A stretch of DNA of 64,000 nucleotides from an uncultured Actinomycetota bacterium (GTDB lineage: Bacteria; Actinomycetota; Actinomycetes; JAFAQI01): positions 1 through 64,000 of the forward strand of contig CAVYQE010000011.1 of NCBI GenBank assembly GCA_963770565.1. The letters are read 5' to 3'. The notes under the pieces were generated by a model. That model was not told the DNA's origin. It made no database searches and was given only the letters and a program-made list of their open reading frames with translations. Position 1 is the stretch's first letter. Each line of letters begins with the position of its first letter. Shown here piece after piece: positions 60,548 through 64,000 of the stretch. The position numbers were made by a program, and so were the translations under genes.

Positions 60548-61482
60548 GCCGGCATCCCTTCGGTGGTGGCCGCGGGTTGGCCGGGTGCGCGGAAGTCGGC
60601 GGAGTCCTCGGTGAGCTCGATGAAGGCCTCTTCGAGCGACGCCTGCGCGAGCACCAGCTCGTGCAGCGTGATCCCGTTGGCCGCGGCCAGGTCACCGATC
60701 GCTTCCTGCGTCATGCCCGTGATCGCGAGGGTCGAGTCACCGCCCGGTTCGACCTGGCCGCCGCCGGCCTTGACCAGCTCCGCGAGCGCGGTCGCCTGCG
60801 GCGAGCGCACCCGGACGTGCGCGGCCGAGCTCATCCGGATGACCTCTTCGGTCGACGCATCGGCGATCAGCTTGCCCCGGCCGATGACGAGGAGGTGATC
60901 GGCAGTGAGCGACATCTCGGTCATCAGATGGCTTGAGACGAACACCGTCTTGCCCTGGCTGGCGACGTGCTTGAGCAGGTTGCGGACCCACAGGATGCCC
61001 TCGGGGTCGAGGCCGTTGACCGGCTCGTCGAGGATCAGGATCGACGGGTCGCCGAGCAACGCGGTCGCGATCCCGAGCCGCTGGCCCATGCCGAGCGAGA
61101 AGCCGCCGGCCCGCTTGTGGGCCACCGTGTCGAGGCCGACCAGCGCAAGGACTTCGTCGATCCGCTTGCGGGGGATGTGGTTGGTCTGGGCGATCGCGAG
61201 CAGGTGGTTGTAGGCGGTCCGCCCGTTGTGGATCGCCTTCGCCTCGAGCAGCGCACCCACCTCGAAGAGCGGCCGGCGGTGGCCGGCGTACGGAGACCCG
61301 TTGACCGTGACCGAGCCCTTGCTCGCCCGGTCGAGGCCGAGGATGAGCCGCATCGTCGTCGACTTCCCGGCCCCGTTGGGCCCGAGGAACCCGGTCACCA
61401 GGCCGGGCTGGATGGTGAAGCTGAGGTCGTCGACGGCGAGGGTGTCGCCGTAGCGCTTGCTGAGCCCTTTGGCTTCGATCAT
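60544..61482 (-). CDS. ABC ATPase (BcrA-like exporter)
   Basis: GPNGAGKST, FSLGMGQR, ILDEP, SSH. Confidence 0.92.
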   Translation of the reverse strand: MIEAKGLSKRYGDTLAVDDLSFTIQPGLVTGFLGPNGAGKSTTMRLILGLDRASKGSVTVNGSPYAGHRRPLFEVGALLEAKAIHNGRTAYNHLLAIAQTNHIPRKRIDEVLALVGLDTVAHKRAGGFSLGMGQRLGIATALLGDPSILILDEPVNGLDPEGILWVRNLLKHVASQGKTVFVSSHLMTEMSLTADHLLVIGRGKLIADASTEEVIRMSSAAHVRVRSPQATALAELVKAGGGQVEPGGDSTLAITGMTQEAIGDLAAANGITLHELVLAQASLEEAFIELTEDSADFRAPGQPAATTEGMPA

Positions 61483-61655
61483 GAGCTGGCCAGAACCTCC
61501 AGACGGTGATGCGGACAATCTGCACGTTACCGGCATCGTCCGGCCCGACGTCGAATGGTTTGGCGTGAACCGCCGCGGCGCGTCGCTCGTACAACCGGCT
61601 AGAACCAGCCGCGGGTGCGCTCGCCCCGCGCTGAGATGACGCTCTAGGAGATGAC

Positions 61656-62111
61656 GTGGCTGCTCGAACTCGGATCGCACTCGTGACGTCGGTGGGGGCC
61701 CTGCTGGTCAGCGGGTTCGGCCTGGCCGGGGTCAGCTCTGGTGCGGCCGCGCCGGCGGCCAAGCCGGTCGGTTCGACGATCTCGCTGCGGCACACCAAGG
61801 ACGGCAAGGTCCTGGTCGGGGCCAACGGGCACTCGCTCTACACGTTCAGCTCGGACACCAAGAACCACTCCAACTGCGGCCCGGCCTGCCGCAAGCAGTG
61901 GCCGCCGGTGACCGCCACCGGCAAGCCGCACGCCGGCGCCGGGGTGAGCGCCAAGCACCTGGCCGTGATCAAGGGCCACCAGGTCACCTACTACGGCCAC
62001 CCGCTCTACACCTATTACAAGGACACCAAGGCCGGTCAGGTGAAGGGCGAAGGGCTGTTCAAGTTCGAGGGCTACTGGTACCTCACCAGCGCCAAAGGCG
62101 GCCTGCTCTAG
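61656..62111 (+). CDS. Secreted Yx(F/W/Y)xxD-repeat protein (COG4315-like)
   Basis: SLYTFSSD, CGPACRKQWPP, QVTYYGHPLYTYYKD. Confidence 0.83.
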   Translation: MAARTRIALVTSVGALLVSGFGLAGVSSGAAAPAAKPVGSTISLRHTKDGKVLVGANGHSLYTFSSDTKNHSNCGPACRKQWPPVTATGKPHAGAGVSAKHLAVIKGHQVTYYGHPLYTYYKDTKAGQVKGEGLFKFEGYWYLTSAKGGLL

Positions 62112-63055
62112 CTCTGCCCGTTCTCGCCGTGGCCGAGCTCGGCCGGCGCGAGGCAGCGGTTGCGGGCCTCGACCTGGAACCGCGGCTCGCCGAGGCTCCA
62201 ACGCAGCGTGCCGAGCAGAACCCGCGCGGACTGTTGCGTCAACGTGCGCTCGAGCAGATGTGGCACGGTCCCGGCCAGGCGGGGGCGGCTGCCGTAGAGC
62301 CGGCGGGCCCAGCCGGGCATGGTGTCGAACGCGGCGCGGGTGATCACCAGGCTGGCCGCCTTCGACACCGGGTCCGGGCCGAACGGCCGGCGGAAGAAGT
62401 CCGCGAGATCGGCGGTCTCCTCGGCGAAGGTCAGCAGTGGCCGCATCCCGGTGAAGTAGTCCTCGACCTCGGCCCTGCTGCTCGGTACCTCGCCGGTCGC
62501 CCCCAACTCGGTCGCGAACCTGGAGTACTGCGCGTAGTACTCGTCGATCCGCGTCCCTGACACCGGTCGCGGGTGGTAGCGCAGGTGGGCGCTCATCACG
62601 CAATGCGCCTGGGTCATCGCGGTCCAGATCAGCTGGTCGGAGTCGTCGGCGGCGTACGGGCGGCCGTCCGGCATCGTGCCGCGCACCTGCCGGTGCAGCT
62701 TGCGGACCAGATCGCAGGTGCGCTCGACGACTGGGGTCGATCCCCAGGTCATCGCGTTGACGAACGACGCGGTGCGGCCGAGCCGGGCGAGCGGGTCATC
62801 GCTGTACGACGAGTGCTGGTTGGTGCCGTACATGGTCGGCTGGTGCAACGCGCCGAGGAGCAGGCCGGATAGGCCGCCGACCAGTCCGGCGACATCGGCA
62901 TGGACGTACCAGATCGCGCTGTCCGGCCCGAACAGCCCGGGGTCGCCGGCCGGCTCGCTGAACTGCACGCCGGGCAGTCCGTCGGCGCCGACGGTGCGGA
63001 ACCAGCCATGCCGGATGACCGACTTCGGGGCGCCGACCAGGGTGGCCAGGTCCAT
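62108..63055 (-). CDS. MpaB/rubber-oxygenase-like (DUF2236) protein
   Basis: DPGLFGPDSAIWYVH, RLGRT, LHRQVRGTMPDGRPYAADD. Confidence 0.83.
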   Translation of the reverse strand: MDLATLVGAPKSVIRHGWFRTVGADGLPGVQFSEPAGDPGLFGPDSAIWYVHADVAGLVGGLSGLLLGALHQPTMYGTNQHSSYSDDPLARLGRTASFVNAMTWGSTPVVERTCDLVRKLHRQVRGTMPDGRPYAADDSDQLIWTAMTQAHCVMSAHLRYHPRPVSGTRIDEYYAQYSRFATELGATGEVPSSRAEVEDYFTGMRPLLTFAEETADLADFFRRPFGPDPVSKAASLVITRAAFDTMPGWARRLYGSRPRLAGTVPHLLERTLTQQSARVLLGTLRWSLGEPRFQVEARNRCLAPAELGHGENGQS

Positions 63056-63139
63056 CACATGACAGTACGGTGTGGACAACCGAGCGCGATCGTCGAGCGT
63101 CTACTGGACGACCACGCATCGAGACGGTTAGGCGGCCGG

Positions 63140-64000
63140 GTGAGCATCGGGGCAGCGTCCGGCTCGCGTTGGCGCGGCCTCGACGGGCTCCGCGCTCTCG
63201 CGGTCATCGCCGTTGTCATCTATCACTTCTCGCCGCTGACGCTGCCGGGCGGCTTTCTCGGGGTCGACGTCTTCTTCGGGATCAGCGGTTATCTGATCAC
63301 CCGGTTGCTCACCGAGGAGTTCCTTCGCAGGGGCCGGATCGACGTCCCGCAGTTCTACCGGCGGCGGGCGCGCCGGCTGCTTCCGGCGCTCGCCGTGGTG
63401 CTCGCGGCGGTCAGCGTCGCCGCGCTGGTGTGGCGCGACCAGCTGGCCACGGTCCGCGGCGGAGTGCTGGCGGCGGGGGCGTTCGTCGCGAACTGGTGGC
63501 TGGCGTTCGATCATCAGCCCTACTTCGTCTCCACCGGGCGCCCGAGCATGCTCCAGCATCTGTGGTCACTCGGCGTCGAGGAGCAGTTCTACTTGCTATG
63601 GCCGCTGCTTACCGCGGCGATGCTCGCCGCCGGCCGCCGCCGTGCCGCCCTGCGAGGCGGATCCCGGCGCCGGGTGGTGCTGCGGCTGTGCGGGCTCGCC
63701 GTGCTGGCCGCGTTCGCCTCGACCGCGTTGACCTGGTGGCTCGCCGACCTGCACAACGTGCCGTACGGCGACGATGGATCGTTGCTTTACTACGGCACCG
63801 ACACGCACTGCATGGGCCTACTGCTCGGCGCCGCGCTCGGCGCGTGGGCAGCGGCCGGCGGGATCGCCTCGGCGCACCGGCTCGCCTGGCAGCGGCGTAC
63901 CGAGCAGGCTGCGGGCTGGCTCGCCCTCGCCGGCCTCGCAGTCTTGATGTGGCGGCTGGCGGACTACTCCCACTCGCTGTATCGCGGCGACTTCCTGCTG
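63140..64000 (+). CDS. Acyltransferase-3 (OatA/OafA-like), truncated by the window end; absent from the ORF track
   Basis: LDGLRALAV, GGFLGVDVFFGISGYLIT, FYRRRARRL, HLWSLGVEEQFY. Confidence 0.9.
   Translation, partial: MSIGAASGSRWRGLDGLRALAVIAVVIYHFSPLTLPGGFLGVDVFFGISGYLITRLLTEEFLRRGRIDVPQFYRRRARRLLPALAVVLAAVSVAALVWRDQLATVRGGVLAAGAFVANWWLAFDHQPYFVSTGRPSMLQHLWSLGVEEQFYLLWPLLTAAMLAAGRRRAALRGGSRRRVVLRLCGLAVLAAFASTALTWWLADLHNVPYGDDGSLLYYGTDTHCMGLLLGAALGAWAAAGGIASAHRLAWQRRTEQAAGWLALAGLAVLMWRLADYSHSLYRGDFLL

Overview
High-GC actinobacterial (Actinomycetota-like) chromosomal segment, gene-dense, with no rRNA, tRNA or CRISPR array seen. It has four parts. (1) ~1-32.3 kb: acyl-CoA, F420 and amidohydrolase catabolic genes plus a Liv-type ABC importer. 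Five of their promoter regions carry a 19-bp palindrome, consensus ATCTGAC-N5-GTCAGAT (a sixth copy lies at 59.08 kb), pointing to a regulon whose regulator I cannot identify in the window. (2) ~32.3-45.7 kb: mixed genes, including a KstR-boxed ferredoxin/ADH operon and an accessory patch (pentapeptide repeat, VOC proteins, methyltransferases, DUF222-HNH with a PafBC-type promoter). (3) 45.7-57.4 kb: a compact KstR-controlled sterol side-chain degradation cluster (echA19, fadA5 | cyp125, two DUF35 genes, ltp4, ltp3, SDR, fadE26, fadE27, fadD19, kstR). (4) 57.4-64 kb: c-di-AMP riboswitch with an Rpf gene, an ABC exporter, MpaB-like and OatA-like genes. The main oddities are an orphan Hcp-like (T6SS/phage tube fold) protein with a twin-arginine signal peptide, an uncalled 43-aa membrane ORF inside the ABC operon, short duplications over stop codons, two REP/MITE-like palindromes and several frameshifts that are probably sequencing errors. 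All family calls come from motif recognition by eye; no searches were run.
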